Sequence record: NC_042013.1
Direction: 5' to 3' (one strand)
DNA: 64,000 bases
Under the pieces are notes generated by a model. It saw nothing but the letters and a program-made list of their open reading frames with translations, was not told where the DNA came from and made no database searches. The position numbers were made by a program, and so were the translations under genes. Position 1 is the first letter of the stretch. Every line of letters begins with the position of its first letter. Shown piece by piece: positions 43,932 to 53,323 of this stretch.

Positions 43932-44426
43932 ATGACTTCGAAGAGTAAGGGAAATACTTTTGAAAGAAAAATTTCAAAACTTCTTTCAGAACGTTTTTCT
44001 GAACATACCGGAATTGAACAAGCGTTTCGTAGAAACATAGATTCCGGTAGTTTTTTTGGCGGATCGAACCAACGCAGAACGGCGACACATAATCTCGAAA
44101 CGGCGTGTTTCGGTGATATCATTTGCCCATCTGATTTCAAATACAGCATCGAATGCAAACATTACAAGTCCCCGCCAAGCTTTAAAATGGTTATTCAAGA
44201 GAATATAAAGCAATGGGATACTTGGCTTGAACAGGCCAAACAGGACAGCGCTAATTCTAATAAAGAAATGCTGGTAATCGTTAAGTACAACGGAATTGAT
44301 GAAATTGTAATTACAGACTTAGAGGTTCCTTTGAAACCATTATATGTTTACAAAGGATATAAGGTATATCTTTTAGAGACATACCTTACTCTTGATAATT
44401 CTTATTTCTTTATGCAAGTTCCTTGA
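43932..44426 (+). CDS. Holliday junction resolvase-like PD-(D/E)xK nuclease
   Basis: KGNTFER, GDI, IECK. Confidence 0.8.
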   Translation: MTSKSKGNTFERKISKLLSERFSEHTGIEQAFRRNIDSGSFFGGSNQRRTATHNLETACFGDIICPSDFKYSIECKHYKSPPSFKMVIQENIKQWDTWLEQAKQDSANSNKEMLVIVKYNGIDEIVITDLEVPLKPLYVYKGYKVYLLETYLTLDNSYFFMQVP

Positions 44427-44748
44427 ACGGAATATCCGCGTCGTGGATTTCGATTTTAGTAATCCGATCCACGATTGGAAGGTATTCCTCATTCAATCGA
44501 ATCTGAAATACAGGTTTTGTATCGATCAGATATACCTCAAACTTACCGTGAGGGAAATCTGGAATCATATAATCTTCAGAATGAAGACCTAGCTTGGTGG
44601 TTAGAAGTTCCTCGAATTCATCCTTGAAATCAAGATTTGCGATAACGTCATTTGTCATCTTGAAAATGATACGAGCTTTATGCTCCGAATAGTAGGTTTC
44701 CAAATCCCACCCATTGTGATCCTGCTTATTAAGATTTACGATTTCCAT
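44410..44748 (-). CDS. hypothetical protein
   Basis: SD AAGGAG. Confidence 0.65.
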   Translation of the reverse strand: MEIVNLNKQDHNGWDLETYYSEHKARIIFKMTNDVIANLDFKDEFEELLTTKLGLHSEDYMIPDFPHGKFEVYLIDTKPVFQIRLNEEYLPIVDRITKIEIHDADIPFKELA

Positions 44749-44807
44749 ATGGTTACACTCCTTTCAATTAGAATGTAACCATATATCATCTTTGGAAATT
44801 TTGTCAA
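44747..44807 (-). promoter_or_regulatory. promoter overlapping an 11-bp start-codon-blocking stem
   Basis: TTGACA 44802-44807; 44747-44757 pairs with 44774-44784. Confidence 0.7.
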
Positions 44808-46579
44808 TCCTCGTTATCGATATAACTCGTAAAGTCGTTTTCTTTTTGTGCATAGATTATTCTATCAACCCTATTAGTCAGAATGTCTTTATGCGAAATC
44901 AAGAAAATATCTTTATTATGTTCACGAACGAATGACTTTAGTACGTCAAGTGCTGCTTCTGTTCCGGCATTATCCATACCAGAGTCTACCAACTCATCAA
45001 TGATCATAACGTTTAGTTTACCATACATAATTTCCCAACAATCTCTAAATGCCCACGTCAATGATAGAATCAAACGATTTTGTTCGCCGTTCGACAACTG
45101 TTCAAAATCGTATTCCCTACCGTGCTTAATGATGTCAACACTCAAGTCATTACGGAAAATAACCTCGTGGGGCAAATTAAGCTTTTCAAGATATACACCA
45201 AGGCGAGTATTCAAAAATGCAATATTTTGATCTATAATCTTCTTACGAATAAATGAATCTTTACTCGTTAACAGTTTTAGCAAGAAATCCTGATGTTCTT
45301 TGATCTCTGTAAGATTGTTAATCATATCATATGACAATTCCTGAAGACCGTTAGTTGCCAACGTTTCTATTTGTTCAATATACGGGTTAACGGTTTCTTC
45401 CTCACGGGTTATGTCTTTTTGCATCGTGTCTATTTTGTTTTTCTGATTGATAGCTTCCTCAATAGATGAATAAACACACGCCGGAACATCACCAATTTTT
45501 AAAATATCATCTGCAATGATTTTTGCGGCATTTTCATATACATCAATCTCACCAACGATTTCGTCTGAACGTTCAGTAATTGAAATCAAATTAGAACCAA
45601 GATCGTTTAGCATTTGTTCATTAATGTTGTCGTGAATATCTTGACCGCAAGCATGGCATTTATGGTCTTGTGCCATTTGAATCTTTTCAACCAGCATATC
45701 GGATTGTGATTTTAAAGACGCCTGTTCACGAATTAAGCTTTTGAGTTGTTTTTCAATTAAAGCATATTCACCTGAAAGGCGATTTAATTCCTGCTGCTTT
45801 TTATGGCTTTCTATTTCTGCCTCGATATCGAATGTAGAAATCTGAAGAAGCTTTTCGGTTAAAGTAGCAACTCTTTTTGAATGCTCTCTATCCCATAGAT
45901 TCTTTTTCGCTTTCAAACCATTAATAGCACTTTCAACGCGTTCATTACTAGACTTAATAGTAGATATTCTGACATCTTCGGCTTTGATTTCATCTTTAAC
46001 AACTTTGATGTTTTGACGAAGGGTATCCGCTTTTCTTGAAAGTTGCGTAATACTAATTAATTCTTCGATGATTTCACGTTGCGCTGCTGCACCTAATGAC
46101 AAAAACGGTGTTGTTCTTGTATGAAGAGCAACAATATGCTTGAAAAGAGTATGTGACATTCCAACGACTTTTTCAATTTCGTTTTGTGTCCATTTGCTTT
46201 CACCGAGTGATTCATCTACATCAGGTGCGTTGATTTCGGTATTATTAACCGTATATTTCATGTAATTTGGTTTGCGGCCACGCTCGACACGATATTCAAC
46301 CCCATTCTTTTCAAATTCAATAATAACAACCATATCTTTCTGATTGATATTATTAATTAGATTGTCTTTTTTAATCTGTGAAAGGGGAGTTCCGAACAAA
46401 CCAAAAGATACCGCCTGAATGCCTGTAGATTTTCCTGCACCGTTACGGCTGTCAGCATCACTTTGATCTAAGTTGTTACCTAGCATTAGTGTCAAGTCGA
46501 TGTTATTGAAACGCAAAGTCTGTGGAACATTACCAACAGACAAAAAGTTTTTCATAGTTACTTGTTTGATTTTAATCAT
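44804..46579 (-). CDS. gp46: recombination endonuclease ATPase subunit (Rad50/SbcC-like)
   Basis: NGAGKST, zinc hook CHACG, LSNGE signature, IIDE. Confidence 0.95.
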   Translation of the reverse strand: MIKIKQVTMKNFLSVGNVPQTLRFNNIDLTLMLGNNLDQSDADSRNGAGKSTGIQAVSFGLFGTPLSQIKKDNLINNINQKDMVVIIEFEKNGVEYRVERGRKPNYMKYTVNNTEINAPDVDESLGESKWTQNEIEKVVGMSHTLFKHIVALHTRTTPFLSLGAAAQREIIEELISITQLSRKADTLRQNIKVVKDEIKAEDVRISTIKSSNERVESAINGLKAKKNLWDREHSKRVATLTEKLLQISTFDIEAEIESHKKQQELNRLSGEYALIEKQLKSLIREQASLKSQSDMLVEKIQMAQDHKCHACGQDIHDNINEQMLNDLGSNLISITERSDEIVGEIDVYENAAKIIADDILKIGDVPACVYSSIEEAINQKNKIDTMQKDITREEETVNPYIEQIETLATNGLQELSYDMINNLTEIKEHQDFLLKLLTSKDSFIRKKIIDQNIAFLNTRLGVYLEKLNLPHEVIFRNDLSVDIIKHGREYDFEQLSNGEQNRLILSLTWAFRDCWEIMYGKLNVMIIDELVDSGMDNAGTEAALDVLKSFVREHNKDIFLISHKDILTNRVDRIIYAQKENDFTSYIDNED

Positions 46580-46624
46580 TAGTTACACCATAAGTTCATT
46601 AGGTATAATCTAACATTTTAACAT

Positions 46625-47011
46625 TTACGATTTCAATAAAAATGTATTGATTTTTTTAGTTTCGTATTCAATTTCGCCTTTGATAAGGTGTTGTAACGGA
46701 ATAGACTCGTCACAATAATTGCGAATAATTATGGACACCCGCTTGTTAACGGTGTGTACCAAAAACCGATGATCGCCGGTATCACGGTCCTCAACATCTT
46801 GAGAATTAAAAATTATTTTTGATGTTTCATTAGGCGAATACATTTCATTTAATAATGTAGCCATATCAATACAGTGGTGATCTATTAGGCGAACATAATC
46901 AATACACAACGTCTCATAGGAGTGATTGAAATATTCCAACGTTTTAATGCTGGCATATCTCAACACTCCTAATAGATAGTTTTCATCGAAATTATCTTCA
47001 AATACGCTCAT
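46625..47011 (-). CDS. hypothetical protein
   Basis: Between gp47 and gp46. Confidence 0.6.
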   Translation of the reverse strand: MSVFEDNFDENYLLGVLRYASIKTLEYFNHSYETLCIDYVRLIDHHCIDMATLLNEMYSPNETSKIIFNSQDVEDRDTGDHRFLVHTVNKRVSIIIRNYCDESIPLQHLIKGEIEYETKKINTFLLKS

Positions 47012-48030
47012 AGGTCCGAAAAAAGTTTGATTAACACGTCCGTTTTCATGGTTTTGCTTTCAATACTTTTTAACCCATCAATAACGATTTGGTCAATAGA
47101 CAAAACGTCAATATTTTGATCAGAAAAATCATGATCATTAGTATCGCGTATACCGCTGGTTATATCAAACTTGCGGGCTTTAAATTGCGCAATAAATGTA
47201 TCCTTGATGAAATGAATTTCTTCATAATTCAAATCAATGTCGGTTGCTATTTTAGCATAGCTTTGTTCTGGCAATTTCCCAAGAGGATCATCTAACAATT
47301 CTGTTAATGACATCGTTCTGTAACGAGGACCATCAAAATCAACAAATCTTGGTTCTTGACCCCATTCGAGGATCATAAATCCGCGCTCGTCGTCCCACGC
47401 GTCCGCATATGTATGTGGAAACGGTGATCCAACATAACATACTTTTTTACGTACTTGGCGTTTGTGGAAGTGACCTGTAAACGTCATATACACTACCTCA
47501 TCAAAGTGATCTGCGGACAATCCACCGTGATCAGGCATTTCAACCATAGCATTCATTTGGAAATGTGGTAATTCAAAATGACCAAAGACGTAACTTTTTC
47601 CCTTAACGCGATCTTTGATAGTAGTCCAATCTTCATTCACCAACCAAGGACAGAATAGGCAGTTTCCTACCTCCAAAAAGTCATTGATAATGACAATGTT
47701 ATCAAGGGAGTCGCCTACTATGATACTATTAACATCGCGTCGGTCTTTGTAATATATGTCGTGGTTTCCCATAATCATATATACTTTATCGAAGTTGTCA
47801 TTTAGTTTCTTTAAATTTTCAATGGAATATTTCAAAGTTGAAACGTGGAGTGACTGGCGATTGTCATGCCAGTCACCGAGGAAGATGATTGTATCAACTC
47901 CCTCTTTCTTGCATTCGGCAATGAAAAAATCAATAAAATTGTTACAATCTTCATTGAACAATCGTTCGTTATTTTTCTTACCAAAATGGATATCGGCAAA
48001 CACCGCTGCCTTTTCGAATAGATTAATCAT
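47008..48030 (-). CDS. gp47: recombination endonuclease nuclease subunit (Mre11/SbcD-like)
   Basis: ADIHFG, LGDWHD, GNHD, GHFH. Confidence 0.95.
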   Translation of the reverse strand: MINLFEKAAVFADIHFGKKNNERLFNEDCNNFIDFFIAECKKEGVDTIIFLGDWHDNRQSLHVSTLKYSIENLKKLNDNFDKVYMIMGNHDIYYKDRRDVNSIIVGDSLDNIVIINDFLEVGNCLFCPWLVNEDWTTIKDRVKGKSYVFGHFELPHFQMNAMVEMPDHGGLSADHFDEVVYMTFTGHFHKRQVRKKVCYVGSPFPHTYADAWDDERGFMILEWGQEPRFVDFDGPRYRTMSLTELLDDPLGKLPEQSYAKIATDIDLNYEEIHFIKDTFIAQFKARKFDITSGIRDTNDHDFSDQNIDVLSIDQIVIDGLKSIESKTMKTDVLIKLFSDL

Positions 48031-48090
48031 AGCATACCTTTTTATGTTTCTATTCAAGCTATCATATCGAATTTTACGGTTTCAATATTT

Positions 48091-48924
48091 TTATAGGTGC
48101 CAATCATCCATTGCACGTGCATGTGACGGGCGATGCCCATCTCTCATCAACAATTCGTCTCGAATAAGCTGATTTTTCTTTTCCTCGTGCAAAATTCGAA
48201 GAAATGAGTTTTTCATCGTTGACGTATAATAAGCAAACGGGTTTTGACTTTTGCTTTCTTCGAATTTCAAACCAGCGTGTGAAAGTTGAATAAGAGCTTG
48301 TGCTTGCATTTCTTCAAGGTAGCTATAACCTCTCCAGTTTGGTTTCTGTCCATACTTGTCAACAAGTTTAAGATACATCGCACCCAAACGATCAGTTGTA
48401 CGCCCGTGTGTTACACAAAATTCACCATTCTCTAATGCATTTCGCCAATGCGATCTACCGACCTCACGCAGCACCAGTTCATTTGCATCAAAATCTTCGG
48501 TGTTTTCAATGTCAGTTTCGATAACATAATGCTTGTATGGAGCGAAATTTAGTGTATGATGGAAATCCTTTTCCTTTTTGGGATTGCCACGAAGTTCGTG
48601 TTCCTCGAGGCGAGGAATATGTTCATATGTCATAATACGAACGACCATACCATTAATCGGTATCGTTTTAGGATCGGTTGCCTCAAAGTCTGGAATGACT
48701 TTAACTTTGTGGGTTTTCTTATATTCCTCGCGTATTTTACGATCAAGACGCATAGCCTTGGTTACGCGAGTTGCATTGATGAGTTCTGTGGTTAATAACG
48801 ACCTGTCTGCAATGATTATATCATAATTTGCATATTGCGGTTCGGTGTAGTATGAATACGTGTTCTTGCTTAGATGAATCTCTTTGAGCAATTCACGGTT
48901 GGATAGAAAATTTACTTTTGCCAT
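48091..48924 (-). CDS. gp55: late-transcription sigma factor
   Basis: NWRGYSY.EEM, KF...KSQNPFAYYT...F.R.L.EEKK; upstream of 47-46 as in T4. Confidence 0.9.
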   Translation of the reverse strand: MAKVNFLSNRELLKEIHLSKNTYSYYTEPQYANYDIIIADRSLLTTELINATRVTKAMRLDRKIREEYKKTHKVKVIPDFEATDPKTIPINGMVVRIMTYEHIPRLEEHELRGNPKKEKDFHHTLNFAPYKHYVIETDIENTEDFDANELVLREVGRSHWRNALENGEFCVTHGRTTDRLGAMYLKLVDKYGQKPNWRGYSYLEEMQAQALIQLSHAGLKFEESKSQNPFAYYTSTMKNSFLRILHEEKKNQLIRDELLMRDGHRPSHARAMDDWHL

Positions 48925-49009
48925 TGGTAGTTCCTAAAAATCTGTTTACATTTTTAATATAAACATTTTTAACTAAAATTGCAATTAAATTAGTAGTTAA
49001 TTTGTCAAC

Positions 49010-49015
49010 TAAATA
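49010..49015 (+). promoter_or_regulatory. late promoter core TAAATA
   Basis: Heads the baseplate operon. Confidence 0.6.
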
Positions 49016-49031
49016 TTTGAAAGGACAAAAT

Positions 49032-49586
49032 ATGGATATCGTTATAGGTTCTGGACGTTTTAATCCTCCTACTGATGGTCATTACAAATTGTTCAAAATG
49101 ATTGAAAACACAGCTATATCTGACGGTGTGCGCGGTGAAGTATTTATAGTTGACGGTATAGGAAGTTCACAAGATGTTGGTAAAAATCCATTATCAATAT
49201 CTGAAAGGCAAAAAATCATTAAGAGATGGGTTCCATCTTTGCGGGTTGATTTTGTAAATTCTGCATATGATTTATTCGATGTTTTAGACGTTCAAAATAA
49301 GAATGTTACTAAATGGTTTATCGGAAAAGATCGTGAAAAAAGTTACAAAAGTCTTTTAAAGCAAATGAATTCCATGCATATAGAATTGATGATTTTGGAA
49401 AGAACCGATGAAGATGTTTCAGCAACCAAAGCTCGTCAATTCGCAATTGAAGGTGACATTGAACAGTTTTGTAAAATGATGCCTACTATAAATACCCTCG
49501 AAGATAACTTGTCAGTTATTAACCTTATTCGGGGTAAAAACAACTTATGTCATATGACCTTAAAACATTTACCATTGTTGAAGTAG
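49032..49586 (+). CDS. cytidylyltransferase-like (HIGH) nucleotidyltransferase
   Basis: GRFNPPTDGH, KNPLS, VSATKAR. Confidence 0.85.
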   Translation: MDIVIGSGRFNPPTDGHYKLFKMIENTAISDGVRGEVFIVDGIGSSQDVGKNPLSISERQKIIKRWVPSLRVDFVNSAYDLFDVLDVQNKNVTKWFIGKDREKSYKSLLKQMNSMHIELMILERTDEDVSATKARQFAIEGDIEQFCKMMPTINTLEDNLSVINLIRGKNNLCHMTLKHLPLLK

Positions 49587-50953
49587 GCGAGGATTCGTGG
49601 GGCATTCAATATACTGGTGGACCTCTTGAGCGTGGTTTTGCGTCATACGAAGACGCATTGTATACTGCCAATCAAGCAGCAATTAATTACCATTCCACCG
49701 ACACTGACGCGGTTCCGAGAAATCTTGATCAAGCTATTTTAAAAGCGCAAGAAGCTCGAGACAATTATATCACTTTCATTAGCGAAAATCCATCAGCTAC
49801 GGAAGAAGAAAAAAACGAGGAAATAGCAAAAATTGCTGCCGCCGAGGCATACGTAAGTGAATATCAATTACAACTTGATACAGCACGTTTACAAGCAACC
49901 GCGAAAGATAGTTTCGAAAATCAAAGCATCGATATTGCTATTGCAAATGCAGATGCTCGTCGCTCGGAATTGTCACAGGCGGCGGCGAACTTACGATCTT
50001 CAAGTGACGCTACTCCTGAACAAATACAGGCCGCAGACCAATCTGCGTTTGAGGCCGAGCTATATTACCAATCCCTTATAAAAGAAGAACAGTCCGCTAT
50101 AGATGTTGCTAACCCTACCGCCTTTGGTCTTGGTAGCTTGTTTTCAAGCGTTTCATCATCTATAGGAAATGTTTTTAATGGTGCAAATAATGCATTAGGA
50201 AATTTAACAAATCCGCTTAATGGATTGCTAAGCAATGTAACTTCCGGCCTTGGAAATCTATCTGGTGGTTTGGGTAGTGTTAATAGTAATTCGACAGGTG
50301 GAACCGCTGTTTCTGGAAATGTTGTATACGATAGTGCAACTGGAGGTATGACTAATACCGTTTCCGACCAACGTGTTAGACTTACTCCTAAACCGTCACA
50401 ACGTGGAATGTTGTCTGGTGTTCTGGCTCCATTGGCTACAACGTCTGGTTTGGTATTTCCTTATACTCCTACTATTACTTACCAAGCGGGTGTCGCATAT
50501 AATAAAATCGATGTTGTTCACACGAACCAAGATTGGAACGTGTATAAAAACACCGAATCCATTGCCCTTGATATTAATGGCACTTTCACCGCACAGAATG
50601 AAACTGAAGCAGCATATTTTCTAGCGGCTATTCATTTCCTTCGTGCTTTGACCAAAATGCATTTTGGTGATAGTAGCGAAAACAAAGGTCTCCCACCACC
50701 GCAAGTTTTGTTGGATGGTTACGGGACACATATGTTCAATTCCCTATCTGTTATAGTTGTAAATTATAGCGTTGATCTTAATCCTAATGTTGATTACGTC
50801 GCGGTCAGGGGTGACGGTGGTACTTCGTGGGTTCCTGCTGTTGCTGATTTAAGAGTTAACGTAATTGTTCAGCAGACACCTAAACAAGCAAGATCATTCA
50901 ATTGGGAAAGTTTCGCTACAGGCGAGTTAATGTCTAACGGAGGTTGGCTATGA
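49547..50953 (+). CDS. baseplate/tail-tube initiator (gp48/gp54-like, CIS tube N-term domain) with helical N-extension
   Basis: FPYTPTI, GTFTAQN, GLPPP..LL.GYG..MF. Confidence 0.7.
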   Translation: MSYDLKTFTIVEVGEDSWGIQYTGGPLERGFASYEDALYTANQAAINYHSTDTDAVPRNLDQAILKAQEARDNYITFISENPSATEEEKNEEIAKIAAAEAYVSEYQLQLDTARLQATAKDSFENQSIDIAIANADARRSELSQAAANLRSSSDATPEQIQAADQSAFEAELYYQSLIKEEQSAIDVANPTAFGLGSLFSSVSSSIGNVFNGANNALGNLTNPLNGLLSNVTSGLGNLSGGLGSVNSNSTGGTAVSGNVVYDSATGGMTNTVSDQRVRLTPKPSQRGMLSGVLAPLATTSGLVFPYTPTITYQAGVAYNKIDVVHTNQDWNVYKNTESIALDINGTFTAQNETEAAYFLAAIHFLRALTKMHFGDSSENKGLPPPQVLLDGYGTHMFNSLSVIVVNYSVDLNPNVDYVAVRGDGGTSWVPAVADLRVNVIVQQTPKQARSFNWESFATGELMSNGGWL

Positions 50954-51264
50954 CAGAAGTTAAATATCGTAGTGGTTCGCCATATGCGGCAACCCCGCAG
51001 ACGAGTTGGTATCTCGAGAATTTGGTGTTGCGCCAGATTGATCGTGCACCGTCTGATAAAAAAATAACATTACATCCAAAATATGAAAACCGTCCTTATA
51101 ATCTTTCATATGATTTATACGGAACAAGAGATTTTTGGTGGGTTTTTATGGTGCTAAATATCGATATCATTCGTGATCCAATTTACGATTTCAAAGCTGG
51201 AATCGAAATTTACGTTCCAACAAGGGAACGTGTATTAGGTAACACTGGACAGGCAAGAAATTAA
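50950..51264 (+). CDS. gp53: baseplate wedge subunit (gp53-like, LysM fold)
   Basis: RP..LSYDLYG...WWVF...N. Confidence 0.8.
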   Translation: MTEVKYRSGSPYAATPQTSWYLENLVLRQIDRAPSDKKITLHPKYENRPYNLSYDLYGTRDFWWVFMVLNIDIIRDPIYDFKAGIEIYVPTRERVLGNTGQARN

Positions 51265-53255
51265 TGGCAAGACTTTCATCATCACAAAAAGTTTTACTTA
51301 GTAACAATTATGTGGATATCGCACGACCTACGTCAGCAACTGGAGAACTAAGCGGAGCAGGTGCTGTGACGATGGGGCAAACTGCCGCTCAAGTAGCATC
51401 AGATATTGGTGCGGCAGAAAATCCTCTATCTGCAATAGAACAACCTTCATATCATTGGAAATTTTATGTAACTCCTGATATTTCGCGTTCAGGTGGTAGT
51501 ACGGAAGGTAACGTTTCTCAAAGTGTTATTCTTGGTTCTGTAAATGCTTCACAATGTATTATTACCGAGACAGGTGTAACTACGTTTAACCTTTTCGATA
51601 TGGAACTTGACACTATAACAGGTCCAAACTTCTTATCAAGAAATGCGGGTGGTCAAAAATTTACATTTAAAATTTCAGAGCCATATGGATGTACGTTGCC
51701 AGATAAAATGTATCTTGCTGCGAAGTCTGTAGGCGTTCGTAACTTTATGAAATGTCCTTATCATTTAAGTGTTGACTTTTTAGGTTATGATCCAGTGTCA
51801 GGCGCTCCGGTTAGACCGATTGAAAAATCGTGGGTTTGGAGAATCATGATTACCAAACTTACTACTAAATTTGATGAAACCGGATCGATCCATACATTTG
51901 AAGCAATTGGTTATAATGAACTTGGAAACCAAGATCAGTTCAGTTTGGTAGACGTTCCAATGAACGTTGATATTGCCAATGAAACAGGTAAAGTCGGTGA
52001 TATCTTAAAGAAACTGCAAGATAAGATCAATGAAAACATTGCAAAACGTTCTAACGTAAAAGGCGGTGGAACTGTACCATATAAGATCGTTATTAAAGAT
52101 GAGCCTTATGACGCATCCGTTGGTGCTTCAGTTTCATCACCATTCGAACATAAAATTATTCGTAATGAAAAATTCAAAGATTCATCTCGTAACCAAGAAA
52201 AAATGCAAATTTCACGTGGTACTGATATCGCTAAAATCATCGACTATTTGATGGGAAAAAGCGAAGATGCTACGAAAATGATCAACCCTGCAAATGACGC
52301 GGAAAAAATGGATGCGGCGGCGAAACCACAATCTGCTATCCATAGAGTTGATTGTGAGGTTACAAATGACAATTTCGACCTTAAAACAAATGAATACATT
52401 AGAACTATCACGTTTACCGTCCGTGGAACAGTTAACGTTCGCGCTGTAGGTTCCGCTAAAATTGAATCTGATGCTGCGGCTAATGGTGGTGCAGATAAAT
52501 TACAATACGCGCTATCCAATCTTCTGTTAAAAAAGCAGTATGATTATTTGTTTACTGGTACAAACACAGAGGTTATAAACTTAGACATAAACTTTAATTT
52601 CATGTTTAACGTTGCGGCTTCAATGTATGACGGTCATATTTTCTCTGATATGGCTTCCGGTGGTAGAGAACACGACGAAGTTCATTTCCCACGCCAAACA
52701 GAGAATACCAACTTTATTCCTCGTGATGACGGTACAGTTGTTGGAGGTATGGGTTTTAGTCCCGGCAACGGTTACGCTGAAGATTTGGAATTTTCCAACT
52801 CCCTATTGCCAATGAGCTTTATGCAGGATGGTAAAGACCCTCGTTATAATATCGCTCCAAGCGTTGAAAGTACCAACCTACGTAGTGGTTCGGTATACGC
52901 GATGATTCTAAATCAGCTTTATGGGACGTTTGACGGAAACTTGCAAAACATCGAACTTGAAATTCGCGGAGACCCTTATTGGCTTGGGCTAACAAATACA
53001 GAAAGCCCAAGTTCTAAAAGTTCTGAAATAGTTCCTAACTTTATAAATGGCGAGCATATGTTCCTTCTGAAGTTTTTCATACCTCAGGGTATCGATGATG
53101 AAGGACAACCGATTCTTCGCTTAACAGATATGTATAGTGGATTTTATGCGGTTATGCGTGTTGTTAGTAAATTTAGCGGCGGAAAGTTTACACAAACACT
53201 TATTAGTACAAGAATACCTGTTATGTCCGTTACTAAATTACTTGGTGGTCAGTAA
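51264..53255 (+). CDS. baseplate hub protein (gp27-like)
   Basis: Position between gp53 and gp5; LEIRGDPYWL, FSGGKFTQ.L. Confidence 0.7.
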   Translation: MARLSSSQKVLLSNNYVDIARPTSATGELSGAGAVTMGQTAAQVASDIGAAENPLSAIEQPSYHWKFYVTPDISRSGGSTEGNVSQSVILGSVNASQCIITETGVTTFNLFDMELDTITGPNFLSRNAGGQKFTFKISEPYGCTLPDKMYLAAKSVGVRNFMKCPYHLSVDFLGYDPVSGAPVRPIEKSWVWRIMITKLTTKFDETGSIHTFEAIGYNELGNQDQFSLVDVPMNVDIANETGKVGDILKKLQDKINENIAKRSNVKGGGTVPYKIVIKDEPYDASVGASVSSPFEHKIIRNEKFKDSSRNQEKMQISRGTDIAKIIDYLMGKSEDATKMINPANDAEKMDAAAKPQSAIHRVDCEVTNDNFDLKTNEYIRTITFTVRGTVNVRAVGSAKIESDAAANGGADKLQYALSNLLLKKQYDYLFTGTNTEVINLDINFNFMFNVAASMYDGHIFSDMASGGREHDEVHFPRQTENTNFIPRDDGTVVGGMGFSPGNGYAEDLEFSNSLLPMSFMQDGKDPRYNIAPSVESTNLRSGSVYAMILNQLYGTFDGNLQNIELEIRGDPYWLGLTNTESPSSKSSEIVPNFINGEHMFLLKFFIPQGIDDEGQPILRLTDMYSGFYAVMRVVSKFSGGKFTQTLISTRIPVMSVTKLLGGQ

Positions 53256-53323
53256 TTAATTAATTGTATTTAAACAGCTTAAAATGTTAATATTTAATAT
53301 TACAAAAAAGTCAAGGAATAATT